Assembly: GCA_963730755.1 (NCBI GenBank) | Contig: CAVSSW010000008.1 | Coordinates: 73,601-137,600 of the forward strand | Direction: 5' to 3' | DNA: 64,000 bases | Source: an uncultured Solirubrobacteraceae bacterium | GTDB lineage: Bacteria > Actinomycetota > Thermoleophilia > Solirubrobacterales > Solirubrobacteraceae | Shown: piece after piece, positions 10,165 through 20,996 of the stretch | How positions within the stretch are numbered: position 1 is the stretch's first letter | Layout of the letters: each line of letters begins with the position of its first letter | The notes under the pieces: model-generated | The model's input: only the letters and a program-made list of their open reading frames with translations | Database searches by the model: none | What the model was told of the DNA's origin: nothing | Program-made: the position numbers and the translations under genes

Positions 10165-11031
10165 TCAGCCCCCGGAGAGTCCCTGCAGCCCGAGGTTCGT
10201 GGCGTCGAAGGTTTCGCTGCTCGACGGCGGGTTGACCGTGGGCGTGGCGCCGAAGCCGAAGAGTTCGTAGTCGATCGAGGCGCTGCCCGCGCTCCCGAGG
10301 GGGATCTTCATCTGCATGCGCCGGATCAGGTGCGCGTGGTCGATCCAGACCGTGACGGGGAAGCTGCTCACCCCGGCCTGGGTGATGAGCTTCTGCACCG
10401 ACTTCTGCAGCGCCGCGCGATTCGAGGAGGGGATCGATTCGGCGAGCTTGTCGAGATCGATCGCGCCTTCGTAGCGCGTCGTCGGGGTGCCGCGGACGGT
10501 CTCGGTGCCCGCGGGCTTGACCACGCCGCCGCTCGCCTGCAGGAACTGCAGGTACTGCGCGGGGTTCTGGCCGCTCGTGAGGTCCTGCGGGTCGATCCCG
10601 AGACTCGACTCGAACTTCGCGAGATCGAGCTTCATCCACTTCGCGCCGCCGGGGAGCTTGCCTTCGAAGAGCGGTGAGCTCATGTAGATCACGCCCGACT
10701 TGTAGAGCTCGGTGATCGTGAGGTTGCCGGAAGGGAGCGAGGCGAGCGCGGAGGCGGGGAGCCCGTTGAGCGTGAAGAAGAGCTCTCCTTCCTCGGTGGC
10801 CTGGTTGAAGTCGCCGTTGCCCTTCACGGTGACCGGCGAGGAGCCGAGCTGCGGCGAGGAGATCGAGACGGTCATCATGATCTGCGAGCCGCCCGAATGG
10901 GTCGTCGCCTTTGCTGCCTGGGCGATCGGGTCGAGCGTGGTCGTGGCGCTCGATCCGCAGCCCGCGGCGCCGAGCGCGAGCGCGAGTGCGGCGAGCAGCG
11001 GGGCGAGGGCTCTGGCGGTGAGTGAGCTCAT
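10165..11031 (-). CDS. Lipoprotein, LppX/LprAFG-like
   Basis: Lipobox AAGC; KWMKLD, GTETVRGTPTTRY, VWID..HLIRRM pattern. Confidence 0.65.
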   Translation of the reverse strand: MSSLTARALAPLLAALALALGAAGCGSSATTTLDPIAQAAKATTHSGGSQIMMTVSISSPQLGSSPVTVKGNGDFNQATEEGELFFTLNGLPASALASLPSGNLTITELYKSGVIYMSSPLFEGKLPGGAKWMKLDLAKFESSLGIDPQDLTSGQNPAQYLQFLQASGGVVKPAGTETVRGTPTTRYEGAIDLDKLAESIPSSNRAALQKSVQKLITQAGVSSFPVTVWIDHAHLIRRMQMKIPLGSAGSASIDYELFGFGATPTVNPPSSSETFDATNLGLQGLSGG

Positions 11032-11076
11032 CTTCTGGGGATCGGCGGCTGCGCGCGGGTCCATTAGCCTGGATGC

Positions 11077-11589
11077 GTGACCGACGACAAGTTACCCGCG
11101 TCGCCCGACCCTCACGCGGGCGCGGTGAACGTCGCGCCGGCGGGCGAGCAGGATCTCGCGGAGCTGCTCGTGCTGATGCGCGGGTACTGCGAGTTCTACG
11201 AGGTCGACCCGCCCGACGATCGCCTGCTCGCGCTGATGCGAGCGCTGATCGCAGACCCGCGCCGCGAGGGGGTGCAACTGCTCGCGCGCGACGAGCGGGG
11301 CGCGGCGGTGGGCTTCGCGACGATCTACTGGAGCTGGTCGACGGCGCGTGCGGCCCCACTCGGCACGATGAACGACCTGTTCGTCTCCGACGGCGCACGC
11401 GGGCGCCGCGTGGGTGAGGCGCTGATCGCGGCGGCGCTCGAGGCCTGCGCGGCTCACGGTGCGTGCGCGCTCGAGTGGCAGACCGCACGGGACAACCTGC
11501 GCGCGCAGGCGCTCTATGACCGCGTGGGCGGCGTCCGCGAAGACTGGCTCTCCTACTCGCTGGAGATCGAGTCGGGAGCCGCGAGCTGA
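11077..11589 (+). CDS. GNAT N-acetyltransferase
   Basis: MNDLFVS..ARGRRVGEALI; N.RAQALYDRVG. Confidence 0.9.
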   Translation: MTDDKLPASPDPHAGAVNVAPAGEQDLAELLVLMRGYCEFYEVDPPDDRLLALMRALIADPRREGVQLLARDERGAAVGFATIYWSWSTARAAPLGTMNDLFVSDGARGRRVGEALIAAALEACAAHGACALEWQTARDNLRAQALYDRVGGVREDWLSYSLEIESGAAS

Positions 11590-12608
11590 TGGGCACCGCA
11601 AGGCGATCGAGGAGGAGAAGAAGGAGCAGGAGGAGGGGAGAGGCTCTGTCGCTGGCCCTCGCGCTGCTCCTGCTCTCGATCGCCCTCGTGTTCGGGGCGA
11701 GCGCGGCCTCCGCGCAGTCGCCGCTGCTCGCCTCGCCCTACGAGTACCTCGGTTGGGGCGATCCGCAGCCGCCCGCGTCGGTGATCGAAACGACCGGCGT
11801 GCACGACCTCACGATGGCCTTCATCCTCTCCAAGGGCAACTGCAACCCCGAGTGGGACGGCCGGCGCCCGCTGCTCGGCGGGGGCGACGCGGCGGCGATC
11901 GAAGCGGTGCGCGCGGCGGGCGGCGATGTGGTCGTGTCCTTCGGCGGCTGGAGCGGCAAGAAGCTCGGGACGGCTTGCAAGACGGTCCCCGCGCTCGCGG
12001 CGGCCTACCAGAAGGTGATCGACGCCTACTCGCTGAAGGCGATCGACATCGACATCGAGCACGGCGAGTTCAACAACAAGAAGACCCGTCAGCGGGTCGT
12101 CGAAGCGCTCGCCGTGGTGCAGCGCGCGAACCCGGGCCTCGGCATCTCGATCACGATGGGAACGGCCGAAAGCGGTCCCGAAAAGGCCGGGCTCAGCCTG
12201 ATCTCGGACGCGGCCGCGATCGGCTTCCAGCCGAGCGTGTGGACGATCATGCCGTTCGACTTCGGGTCCCCGGCGACCGACATGGGGCACGCGTCGATTC
12301 GCGCGGTCGAAGGACTGGAGCGCGACCTCGCCGCGGCCTACGCGATCGGCGCGTCCTCCGCCTACGAACACGCGGGCATCTCATCGATGAACGGTCAGAC
12401 CGACGAAAGCTCGGAGGAAGTGTCACTCGAAGACTTCCAGACGATCCTGGGCTTCGCCCAGGCGCATCACCTCGGGCGCCTGACCTTCTGGGCGGTCAAC
12501 CGCGACCGGCCCTGCAAGGCAAAAGGTGGCGCGCCCGAAGAAGAATGCAGCGGCATCGAACAGTCGCCCTTCGCGTTCACCGAGGCCGACGCGGCCTTTC
12601 ACGGCTGA
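11589..12608 (+). CDS. Secreted GH18 chitinase-like protein
   Basis: Signal peptide; VSFGGWSG; catalytic IDIDIE (DxDxE); FWAVNRD. Confidence 0.85.
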   Translation: MGTARRSRRRRRSRRRGEALSLALALLLLSIALVFGASAASAQSPLLASPYEYLGWGDPQPPASVIETTGVHDLTMAFILSKGNCNPEWDGRRPLLGGGDAAAIEAVRAAGGDVVVSFGGWSGKKLGTACKTVPALAAAYQKVIDAYSLKAIDIDIEHGEFNNKKTRQRVVEALAVVQRANPGLGISITMGTAESGPEKAGLSLISDAAAIGFQPSVWTIMPFDFGSPATDMGHASIRAVEGLERDLAAAYAIGASSAYEHAGISSMNGQTDESSEEVSLEDFQTILGFAQAHHLGRLTFWAVNRDRPCKAKGGAPEEECSGIEQSPFAFTEADAAFHG

Positions 12609-12642
12609 TCCGCCCGCGCACCCGCGCGCGGCGGCGGTGGGT

Positions 12643-13518
12643 CTACGCGCGCGCGCTCGTCTGCGGGTCCAGCCGGGACATCTTCACGTTCGCCTCCAGC
12701 CCCGAGGAGGCGCCGCCCATGTAGAGCCCCTTGACGGGCGGGACGTCGGAGTAGAAGCGCCCGTGCCCGATCTTCACGTGCGTCTCGCCCGCGAGCCGCC
12801 GGTTGGTCGGGTCGGCGCTGACCCAGACGGGCTCGCCCTTGCCGTTGCTGCCGGGGAGCAGCGCCTCCAGCCAGGCGTGGGTATCGAGCTCGAGCGAGTC
12901 GTTGCCGCCCTCCGCGGGAGCGGCCCAGAGATAGCCGGAGACGTAGCGCGCGGCGATCCCGCGACGCCGCAGCAGCACGAGCGAGAGGTGCACGAAGTCC
13001 TGGCAGACCCCGGCGCCCGCGGCGAGCAGGTCGCGCACGCTCGAGCCCACGTAGGTCACGCCGGCGCGATATTCGAAGCGGTCGGGCACGAGCTCGCAGA
13101 GCGTGCGCACCGTCTCGAGCGGGCTCCCTCGGTCGAGTTCGGCGTCGAGCTCGTCGAGCCCCTCGATCGCGGGCTGGTCCTGCCATGGCAGGGCGAACTC
13201 CCCGGCGGCGTCGAGATAGGCGGAGCTGCTCAGGCTCTCCCAGCTTCCCTCCGGGGGCTCGGGGGGCTCGGAGGTGACGACGCGCGCGCGCACGTCGATC
13301 GTGAGGTGCTCGTGGCTCGCGGGGATGCCGAACTCGATCACCTCGGTGCCGAAGTAGTCGAGGTGGCGGCTGACCCGTGCCTCCGGCTCGATTCGGGTGT
13401 GGAACTCGTCGCAGCGCTGCGTGGAGGTGGTCGCGGGGCGCACGCGCAGCGAGTTGAGGTTGTCGGTCACGGGCGCGTCGTAGCGGTACTCGGTCAGGTA
13501 GCGGATCGCGAAGTGCAC
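12643..13518 (-). CDS. Transglutaminase-family protein
   Basis: GVCQDFVH, ARYVSGY, THAWLE, DPTN, GRFYSDVPP. Confidence 0.92.
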   Translation of the reverse strand: MHFAIRYLTEYRYDAPVTDNLNSLRVRPATTSTQRCDEFHTRIEPEARVSRHLDYFGTEVIEFGIPASHEHLTIDVRARVVTSEPPEPPEGSWESLSSSAYLDAAGEFALPWQDQPAIEGLDELDAELDRGSPLETVRTLCELVPDRFEYRAGVTYVGSSVRDLLAAGAGVCQDFVHLSLVLLRRRGIAARYVSGYLWAAPAEGGNDSLELDTHAWLEALLPGSNGKGEPVWVSADPTNRRLAGETHVKIGHGRFYSDVPPVKGLYMGGASSGLEANVKMSRLDPQTSARA

Positions 13519-13525
13519 GGTGCGC

Positions 13526-14464
13526 TCACCTCCTCAGTCCCGCCGAGGCGGCACCCGCGAAGTAGCGCTCGGCGACGTCCTGGTCGATGCGCGCGAGCTC
13601 CTGCTGGGTCTGTTCGCAGATTCCTGTCAACTCGGCCCCCTCGGGCAGCGCCCGCCGCTGGAAGTCTAGGTCGGCGGCGAGGCGGCTCACGCGCAGCACG
13701 GGCTTGGAGTTGCGCGGCCCCGCGTCGGCGAGCGTGAAGCGCTCGTGCAGCGAGTCCACGCATGCGGCGACGCTGTCGGGGTATGCGCGCTCGAAGAGCA
13801 GGAAGCGCGCGACGGGCTGGGCGTTCGGGGGCGCGGTGACGGCGCGCAGATAGGCGTGGAAGCCGCCGACGGCCTGCAGCAGGATCAGCGCCTGACCGTC
13901 CGAGGACGCGGAGTCCGCGGCGGGAAGCGCGACGCGGAGCATCCGCAGCACCATGTCGGCGATCTCGATCTGCCCGCCGGCCTCGAGGAAGGACTTCGCC
14001 TCGTCGCGCAGCATCGAGCGGTTCGCGACGCCCCAGATCAGCGCGGTGCGCTCCTTGACGTACTGCGAGGTGGCCGAGGTCCCCGTCGGGCCTTCCCAGC
14101 GCGGCGCGGCGACACCTTCGCGCAGCTCCAGGCTCGTGGTGTTGATCGCCTCCCACATCTCCGCGCTGATCACGTCACGCACGGTGCGCGCACCCTCGCG
14201 CGCGCGTTCGATCGAGGCGAGCATCGAGCCGGGGCGCGCGGGGTCGAGCGTGAGCTGGTCGAGCGCGGGACGGCCGTTCTCGGGCGCGTCGACGTCGCCG
14301 AGCATCGCGAGCAGCCCGCCCGAGCCGAAGCTCACGCCCGGCGCGCCGTCGCTCGAGCCCTGAAGCTCGGAGCGGAACACGGCCTCCACCGCGCGGGCGG
14401 TGAACTCCGCGCGGGCGAGGTTGCGACCGAGCCAGTAGAGCTCGTGTGCGATCCGCGCGAGCAT
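13526..14464 (-). CDS. Alpha-E domain protein
   Basis: [20 protein letters not shown]...[19 protein letters not shown]; ATG overlaps the upstream TGA. Confidence 0.85.
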   Translation of the reverse strand: MLARIAHELYWLGRNLARAEFTARAVEAVFRSELQGSSDGAPGVSFGSGGLLAMLGDVDAPENGRPALDQLTLDPARPGSMLASIERAREGARTVRDVISAEMWEAINTTSLELREGVAAPRWEGPTGTSATSQYVKERTALIWGVANRSMLRDEAKSFLEAGGQIEIADMVLRMLRVALPAADSASSDGQALILLQAVGGFHAYLRAVTAPPNAQPVARFLLFERAYPDSVAACVDSLHERFTLADAGPRNSKPVLRVSRLAADLDFQRRALPEGAELTGICEQTQQELARIDQDVAERYFAGAASAGLRR

Positions 14465-16043
14465 CAGCGGCGCGGGGTGCGATCGTGTCCCTGCTGCTGC
14501 TGCTGCTGCTGCTGGCCGGTCCAGCCGCCGTAGCGCAGGTCGGGGAGCGCGGGCGGCGGCGGTGTCGGCGATCGGCGGGCCGGCGCGGTCGGCGTCGTCG
14601 GCGCTGTCCTCGAGCACCCAGGTGTCCTTCGAGCCGCCGCCGCGCGAGGAGTTCACGATCAGCGAGCCCTCCTCGAGCGCGACGCGGGTGAGCCCGCCGG
14701 GCACGATGTCGATCCGCTCGCCGAAGACCGCGAAGGGACGCAGATCGACGTGGCGCGGCTGCAGCACGCCGTCCTCGCCGACGGTCGGAACGGTCGAGAG
14801 CCGCACCACGTCCTGGGCGATCCAGCGATCGGGGTGGGCGGTGATCACCCCGCGCATGCGCTCGATCTCGCGCTCGGAGGCGTGCGGGCCGATCATCACG
14901 CCGCGCCCGCCGGACTCGCCCGTGGGCTTGACGACGAGCTCGTCGAGCCGCGCGAGCACGTGCTCGAGCTCTTCGGGCTCGGAGAGCAGGTAGGTGCGGA
15001 CGTTCTCGAGGATCGGCTCCTCGCCGAGGTAGAAGCGGATCATCTCCGGGACGAACGTGTAGATCGCCTTGTCGTCGGCGACGCCGGTGCCGAAGGCGTT
15101 GGCGATCGCGACGCTGCCCGCGCGGTAGGCGCGCACGAGGCCGGGCACGCCGAGCAGCGAGTCGGGGCGGAACTCGAGCGGGTCGACGAAGTCGTCGTCG
15201 AGGCGCCGGTAGACGGCGTGCGCGCGCTCGAGCCCGCGCGTGGTGCGCATGTAGAGGACGTCGTCGCGCACGACGAGGTCGGAGGCCTCGACGAGCTCGA
15301 CGCCCATCTGGCGGGCGAGGAAGGCGTGCTCGAAGTAGGCGGGGTTGGCGGGGCCCGGGGTCCAGACGACGACCGTCGCCTCGCTCTCGGCCGAGGGGGC
15401 GACCGAGCGCAGCGCGCGCAGCAGCAGCTGCGGGTAGTGCTCGACGGGCCGGACCCGGTAGGAGGCTGAAGAGCTCGGGCACGAGCCGCGCCATCGCGGC
15501 GCGGTTCTCGAGCACGTAGGAGATGCCCGAGGGGATCCGGACGTTGTCCTCGATCACCTTCCAGGTCCCGTCGCTGTGGCGCACGAGGTCGCAGCCCGCG
15601 ACGTGCGTGTAGACGCCGCCCGGCGGGCGGATGCCGTGCACGGCGCGGGCGAAGTGCGAGCAGGAGGCGACCAGCCGCCAGGGCACGATCCCCTCGCGGA
15701 CGATCTCGCGCGCGTGGTAGACGTCGTCGACGAAGTGGTTCAGCGCGCGGATGCGCTGCGCGAGGCCGCGCTTGATCGCGCGCCATTCCTCGCCGCTGAG
15801 CACGCGCGGGACGAGGTCGAGCGGGAAGGGCCGTTCGTGGCGAGCCGCCGCCGGTCGAGCTGGTCTCGAAGGTGATCCCCTGCTGCATGAAGATCGCGTC
15901 GCGGCGGCGGCCCGCCTCGGCGAGGCCCTCGCGTGCCGAGCCGCTCGAGATCGCGGATCAGCGCGCTCGGCGGTCGGCCGCGGCGTGCCGTCGGGCTCGA
16001 ACAGCTCGTCGAGGAAGGGCGCCTGAGGGCGGTATGCGGCCAT
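14464..16043 (-). CDS. Circularly permuted type 2 ATP-grasp protein with poly-Gln tail (frameshifted)
   Basis: [72 protein letters not shown]; terminal frame reads [16 protein letters not shown]. Confidence 0.88.
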
Positions 16044-16172
16044 CGGCGGTGTCTCTACCCGCGAGCTCACCTCGCGATTCTCGCCCGCGCTCGGCGGAGC
16101 CTCGCCTTGGACGGTTGGAGAAACGCCGGGAGTCACGCCGCGGCACCTGTCCAGGCGCGCGGCGCGCTCAGC

Positions 16173-16403
16173 TCAGTCGGGCCACCTCCCGTGACGGTCG
16201 AAGTACTCGCGCGCCGCGTCCTCGCGTTCGCGCTCGTCATCGCCCGCCGCGCCGGTGCGGAACAGCCAGTTGATGAAGAAGATCGCAAGGCCCGCGCTGA
16301 CGATCCCGCCGCCGCCCTCGAGGTCGGCTTCCGAGCCGAGCGCCATCACGATCGAGCCGCCGAGCACGACCGCGGCAGGGAGCACGTAGCGCAGCAGCAC
16401 CAT
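16173..16403 (-). CDS. Small two-TM protein
   Basis: Two hydrophobic helices and C-terminal EDAAREYFDRHGRWPD. Confidence 0.65.
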   Translation of the reverse strand: MVLLRYVLPAAVVLGGSIVMALGSEADLEGGGGIVSAGLAIFFINWLFRTGAAGDDEREREDAAREYFDRHGRWPD

Positions 16404-16451
16404 CAGGGCTGGCCGCGCGGGGGTTGGCCGTGCTCGCTCACGACCCCGATG

Positions 16452-17932
16452 CTAGGCGGAAACGTTCGCGCCGGGCGCGGCGGACTGCGGCGCCGAGCTC
16501 GGCGGCGGCGCGCGCTGCGGTCGCGCGCGCCCAGGTGCTCGTGGAGGCGAGCGCGAGCGCGAGCACTAGCGCCGCCGCAGCCCGCGATCGCCCACCAGGC
16601 CGGGTGGCTGGCGGCGGCGAGCCCGGTGCCCGCGGCGCCGCCGCGGCGGCGCCGAGGATCGAGCCGATCACCGCGACGCCGAGCGTCTGGCCCGACCTGG
16701 CGGCTGGTCGAGGCGACGGCGGCGGCGACGCCGGCCTGGTTGTCGGGCATCCCGGAGACGGCGGTGTAGGTGATCGGCGGGTTCATCGAGCCGAAGCCCA
16801 TGCCCGTAGAGCGCGTAGACGCCGAGCAGCAGCGCGAGCGGCGTGGTGCGCGGTCAGGCGAGGTGAGCAGCAGCGGCGCGACGAGCATGCAGACGCCGCC
16901 GAAGAGCGAGCGCGGGACGCGCGCCTCGACGGCCGACGACGCGCCCGGAGATCGGCGCGAAGAGGCCGGCGAGCACGGCCATCGGCAGCGTGCAGAGGCC
17001 CGCGTCGCAGCGCGCGTGTAGCCGCGGACCTCCTGCAGGTAGAGCGTGTTGAGGAGCAGGAACCCGGCGAAGCCCGGCGAAGGCGCTGACCGCGATCAGC
17101 GTCGCGCCGGAGAAGGGGACGCTGCGGAAGAAGCGCGGCTCGATCAGCGGGCTCGCGGCGGCGCAGCTCGTAGGGGACGAGCACGCGCCAGCGCGGCGAT
17201 CGCGAGCGCGAACAGCGCCGACCGTCTGCGCCGAGCCCCAGCCCGCGCGCGGGGCCGTCGATGATCGCGTAGGTGAGCGAGGCGAGCGCGACGATCACGA
17301 GCACCTGGCCGACGGGGTCGATCCGGCGCGGCGCGCGGCGCGCGCGACTCGGGCACGTAGAGCGCGGTCGAGCACGATCGCGGCGAGCGCGATCGGGACG
17401 TTGATCCAGAAGATCGAGCGCCAGCCGATCGTCTCGGTGAGCGCGCCGCCGACGATCGGCCCGAGCGCGAGGCTGACGCCGACGGTCGCGCCCCACACGC
17501 CGATCGCGCGGCTGCGCTCGCGCGGGTCGGTGAAGACGTTGGTGATGATCGACATCGCGACCGGGTTGAGCATCGAGCCGCCGATCGCCCTGCACCGCGC
17601 GGGCGGCGATCAGCCAGCCGAGCGTGGGCGCGAGGCTGCAGGCGAGCGAGCCCGACGGCGAAGAGCGCGAGGCCGGTCTGGAAGGTGCGCCGCCGCCCGA
17701 GCCGGTCGGCGGTCGAGCCGGCGAGCATCAGCAGGCTGGCGAGCACGATCGTGTAGGCGTCGACCGTCCACTGCAGGCCGGAGAGCGAGGCGTGCAGGTC
17801 GCGGCGGATCGAGGGCAGCGCGACGTTGACGATCGTGTTGTCCATCGCGACGATCAGCAGGCTCATGCAGCAGATCGCGAGGATCGCGTTGCGTCGCGGC
17901 TCGCCCGCGGTGCGGTTCGGAAGCGAAGGCAT
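16452..17932 (-). CDS. DHA2-family MFS efflux transporter (many frameshifts)
   Basis: MDNTIVNVALPSI, WTVDAYT, ADRLGRRR, GPIVGGAL, WRSIFWINVPI fragments. Confidence 0.8.
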
Positions 17933-17957
17933 AGTTATTATGAAAGCATAACTATGC
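17929..17957. promoter_or_regulatory. Probable MarR operator overlapping the MFS start codon
   Basis: Perfect 10-bp inverted repeat GCATAGTTAT-N9-ATAACTATGC, AT-rich, between marR and the MFS gene. Confidence 0.7.
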
Positions 17958-18438
17958 GGTGTCCTGAACCCCTCGGGGGCGAGATCGCGGGGACGGTCTA
18001 GGAGCTGGGCGTTCCGAGGCCTTCAGGATCCGCCGCAGGCTCTGCAGCTCCTCGAGGCCCAACGCGTTGAGCATCGCGGGCGGCTGGGCGAGGATCTCAT
18101 CGGCGCGGGCGGCGAGCTCCTGGCCCTGCGGCGTCGTCTCCACGAGCTTCGCGCGGCGGTCGCTGGGGTGCGGCCGCCGGCGGACGAGGCCGAGGCGTTC
18201 GAGATCGTCGACGACGGCGGTCGCGTTCGGGGGGTCGATCTGCAGCGCGGCGGCCAGCTCGCCCATCGCCATCGGGCGGCGCGCGATGCGGCGCAGGGCG
18301 CGGGTGCTGCCGAAACTGATGCCCGACCGCGTCGGCGACCTCTTTGCGGCGCGCGTTGTCGAGGACGAGATCGGACATCAGCAGCCAGACCTCGCGCGTG
18401 ATCGCGCTCGCCTCGTCCTTGTGGGAGTCGGCGCCCAT
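17952..18438 (-). CDS. MarR-family regulator (frameshift near 18320)
   Basis: MGELAAALQIDPPNATAVVDDLERLGLVRRRPHPSDRRAKLVETT wHTH. Confidence 0.85.
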
Positions 18439-18496
18439 CGTGGGCTCAGCCTAGTGCGCCGGTCGCTCGGCCCGCCCGGGTGTAGCGTTCGAGCAG

Positions 18497-19160
18497 ATGC
18501 CGACGATCGACGAGATCAACATCGCAGACGACCCGGCAGCGCTGGGCCGCGCTCGGGCTTCGACGTCGACGGGCGAGGAGCTGCTGCTCGGCGGCGTGGC
18601 GCTGCGCCTGAGCGGCGCGCTGGAGACCGAGCCCGAGGGCGGCGCGATGCGGGGCTGGTCGCTGCGCGAGCTCGCGAGCACGCGAGCTCGACGGGCTGCC
18701 CACCGAGCGCTCCGAGCGCCCGGTGAGGCCGCCCGCGCTGCCGCATCCCAACGGGGTGGTGTCGATCGATCACCTCGTCGCCGTCTCGCCATCCTTCGAG
18801 CGCTCCGTGGCCGCGCTGCAGGAGGCGGGCCTCGACCTGCGCCGCATCCGCGAGGAGCCCACTCCGGCGGGCGCGCCGCGACAGGCGTTCTTCCGTCTCG
18901 GGCGCGAGATCCTCGAGATGGTCGCCGAGCCCGAGGAGGTCGTGGAGGCGAAGGGCGGTCCCGAGCGGCCCGTGCGCTTCTGGGGGCTCGCGCTGCTCGT
19001 GGACGACCTCGACGCGACCGTCGCGCGGATGGCGCCGCACGCGGGCGAGCCGCGCGCGGCGGTTCAGCCCGGGCGGCGGATAGCGACGTTGAAACGCTCG
19101 GCGGGGTTGGCGGTGCCGGTCGCGCTGATCACGCGCGAGCAGGACCGCGGCGAGGTGAGC
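18497..19160 (+). CDS. VOC/glyoxalase-like protein (frameshifted, end uncertain)
   Basis: HPNGVVSIDHLVAVSP...RQAFFRLG.EILE...FWGLAL.VDDLD. Confidence 0.65.
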
Positions 19161-19833
19161 GTGGGTGAGCTGAGCGGGACTGGGAGGCGGTCGACGAGTA
19201 CGTCGAAGGGGTGCTGTTCGAGCCGGACCCGGTGCTGGAGGCGGCGCTGCTCGCGAGCCCGGCCTCCCGGCGATCGCGGTGACCGCGCCGCAGGGACGGT
19301 TCCTGAACCTGCTCGCCCGCATCCACGGCGCGCGGCGGATCCTCGAGATCGGCACGCTCGGCGGCTACAGCACGATCTGGCTGGCGCGCGCGCTGCCGCC
19401 GGAGGGCGGGCTCGTCAGCCTCGAGCTCGATCCCGGGTACGCCGCGGTGGCGGAGCGGAACGTGCGGGCGGCGGGTCTCGCCGATCTGGTCGAGATCCGG
19501 GTCGGGCCCGCGGCGCGAGTCGCTCGGCGCGCTCCGCGAGCGAGGCCGGCGAGCCGTTCGACCTGGTGTTCATCGACGCGGACAAGCGCGGCACCCGGAG
19601 TACTTCGAGCTGGCGCTCGAGCTGTGCCGCCCGGGCGCGGTGATCCTCGCCGACAACTCCGTGCGCGCCGGCGCGCTCGCCGACCCGGAGACGCGCGATG
19701 AGGGCGCGCGGGGCATGCGCCGCTTCCACGAGCTGCTCGCGGCCGAGCCGCGGGTCGAGGCGACGACGATCCAGACGGTCGGGGCAAGGGCTGGGACGGC
19801 TTCACGCTCGCCCTGGTCGGGCTTGACATATAG
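19161..19833 (+). CDS. Class I SAM-dependent O-methyltransferase (frameshifted)
   Basis: RILEIGTLGGYSTIWLARAL, FDLVFIDADK, ILADN, KGWDGF..A; TAG at 19831-19833. Confidence 0.85.
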
Positions 19834-19842
19834 TCCCCCGCG

Positions 19843-20883
19843 ATGGCGGGGGAGCTGAAACTCGGTCTGAACACGGGCTACTGGGCCGGCGGGCCGCCGC
19901 CCGGCGTCGAGGAGTCGATCGCGGAGGCGGAGCGGCTCGGCTTCGACTCGATCTGGACGGCCGAGGCCTACGGCTCGGACTGCCTGACGCCGCTCGCCTG
20001 GTGGGGCGCGAAGACCGAGAAACTGCGGCTGGGCACGGCGATCGTGCAGATGTCCGCGCGCCAGCCCGCGGCGACGGCGATGGCGGCGATGACGATGGAC
20101 ATCCTCTCCGGCGGGCGCTTCATGCTCGGGCTCGGCGTCTCGGGGCCGCAGGTCGTGGAGGGCTGGTACGGGATGCCCTTCGCGAAGCCGCTGGCGCGCA
20201 GCCGCGAGTACATCGGGATCCTGCGCGACATCTGGGCGCGCAAGGGGCCGGTCGTCGCCGACGGCGAGCACTACAAGCTGCCGCTGCCCGGCGGCACGGG
20301 CCTGGCCAAGCCGCTGAAGTCCTCGATCCACCCGCTGCGCGAGGACATCCCGATCTTCCTCGGCGCCGAGGGCCCGAAGAACATCGCGATGTGCGCGGAG
20401 CTGTGCGACGGCTGGCTGGCGATGCTGTTCGCGCCCTCCGAGCAGGATCACTACAAGGGCTACCTGGAAGAGGGCTTCGCGCGGCCGGGCGCACGACGCT
20501 CGCTCGAGGACTTCGAGGTCAACGCGACGGTGCCGCTGATCGTCTCCGACGACCTCGACGCTGCGGCCGACGCGCTGCGGCCGTTCTACGCGCTCTACTT
20601 CGGCGGGATGGGCGCGAAAGGCACGAACTTCCACGCGAACGTGGCGATCCGGATGGGCTACGAGCGCGAGGTCGACGAGATCGCCGAGCTCTACCTGAGC
20701 GGCAAGAAGGACGAGGCGGGGGCGAAGGTGCCGCGCAAGCTGATCGAAGAGATGTCGCTGATCGGCCCGAAGGAGAAGATCCGCGACGAGCTCGCGCGCT
20801 GGCGCGAGTCGATCGTGACCACGCTGCTCGTCTCGGGCGACGCCGCCACGCTGCGCACCGCTGCCGAGCTCGTACTCGGCTGA
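19843..20883 (+). CDS. LLM-class F420-dependent oxidoreductase
   Basis: WTAEAYGSD, SGGRFMLGLGVSGPQVVEGWYG, GAEGPKN. Confidence 0.92.
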   Translation: MAGELKLGLNTGYWAGGPPPGVEESIAEAERLGFDSIWTAEAYGSDCLTPLAWWGAKTEKLRLGTAIVQMSARQPAATAMAAMTMDILSGGRFMLGLGVSGPQVVEGWYGMPFAKPLARSREYIGILRDIWARKGPVVADGEHYKLPLPGGTGLAKPLKSSIHPLREDIPIFLGAEGPKNIAMCAELCDGWLAMLFAPSEQDHYKGYLEEGFARPGARRSLEDFEVNATVPLIVSDDLDAAADALRPFYALYFGGMGAKGTNFHANVAIRMGYEREVDEIAELYLSGKKDEAGAKVPRKLIEEMSLIGPKEKIRDELARWRESIVTTLLVSGDAATLRTAAELVLG

Positions 20884-20996
20884 CGGCGCCCGCTGGGCTC
20901 GGCTGGCGCGCGGGCGCAAATGTACGGACTGCCTATTTGTCCATAGGCGCTTCGGGTGTTCCCGATTGTGGTATCCGCGGCCGATGCCTCACCCGT

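Noticed and set aside
14490-14515. (CTG)n microsatellite as a phase-variation tract
   Set aside because: It is an in-frame triplet run encoding the poly-Gln tail.
13526-15307. Apparent ATP-grasp/alpha-E fusion ORF (593 aa)
   Set aside because: Another frame gives the typical poly-Gln end with a TGATG stop-start overlap at 14462-14466, so the fusion is best explained by an indel.
18723-19643. Apparent VOC/O-methyltransferase fusion
   Set aside because: Lies in the indel-rich zone and the methyltransferase motifs are scattered over several frames.
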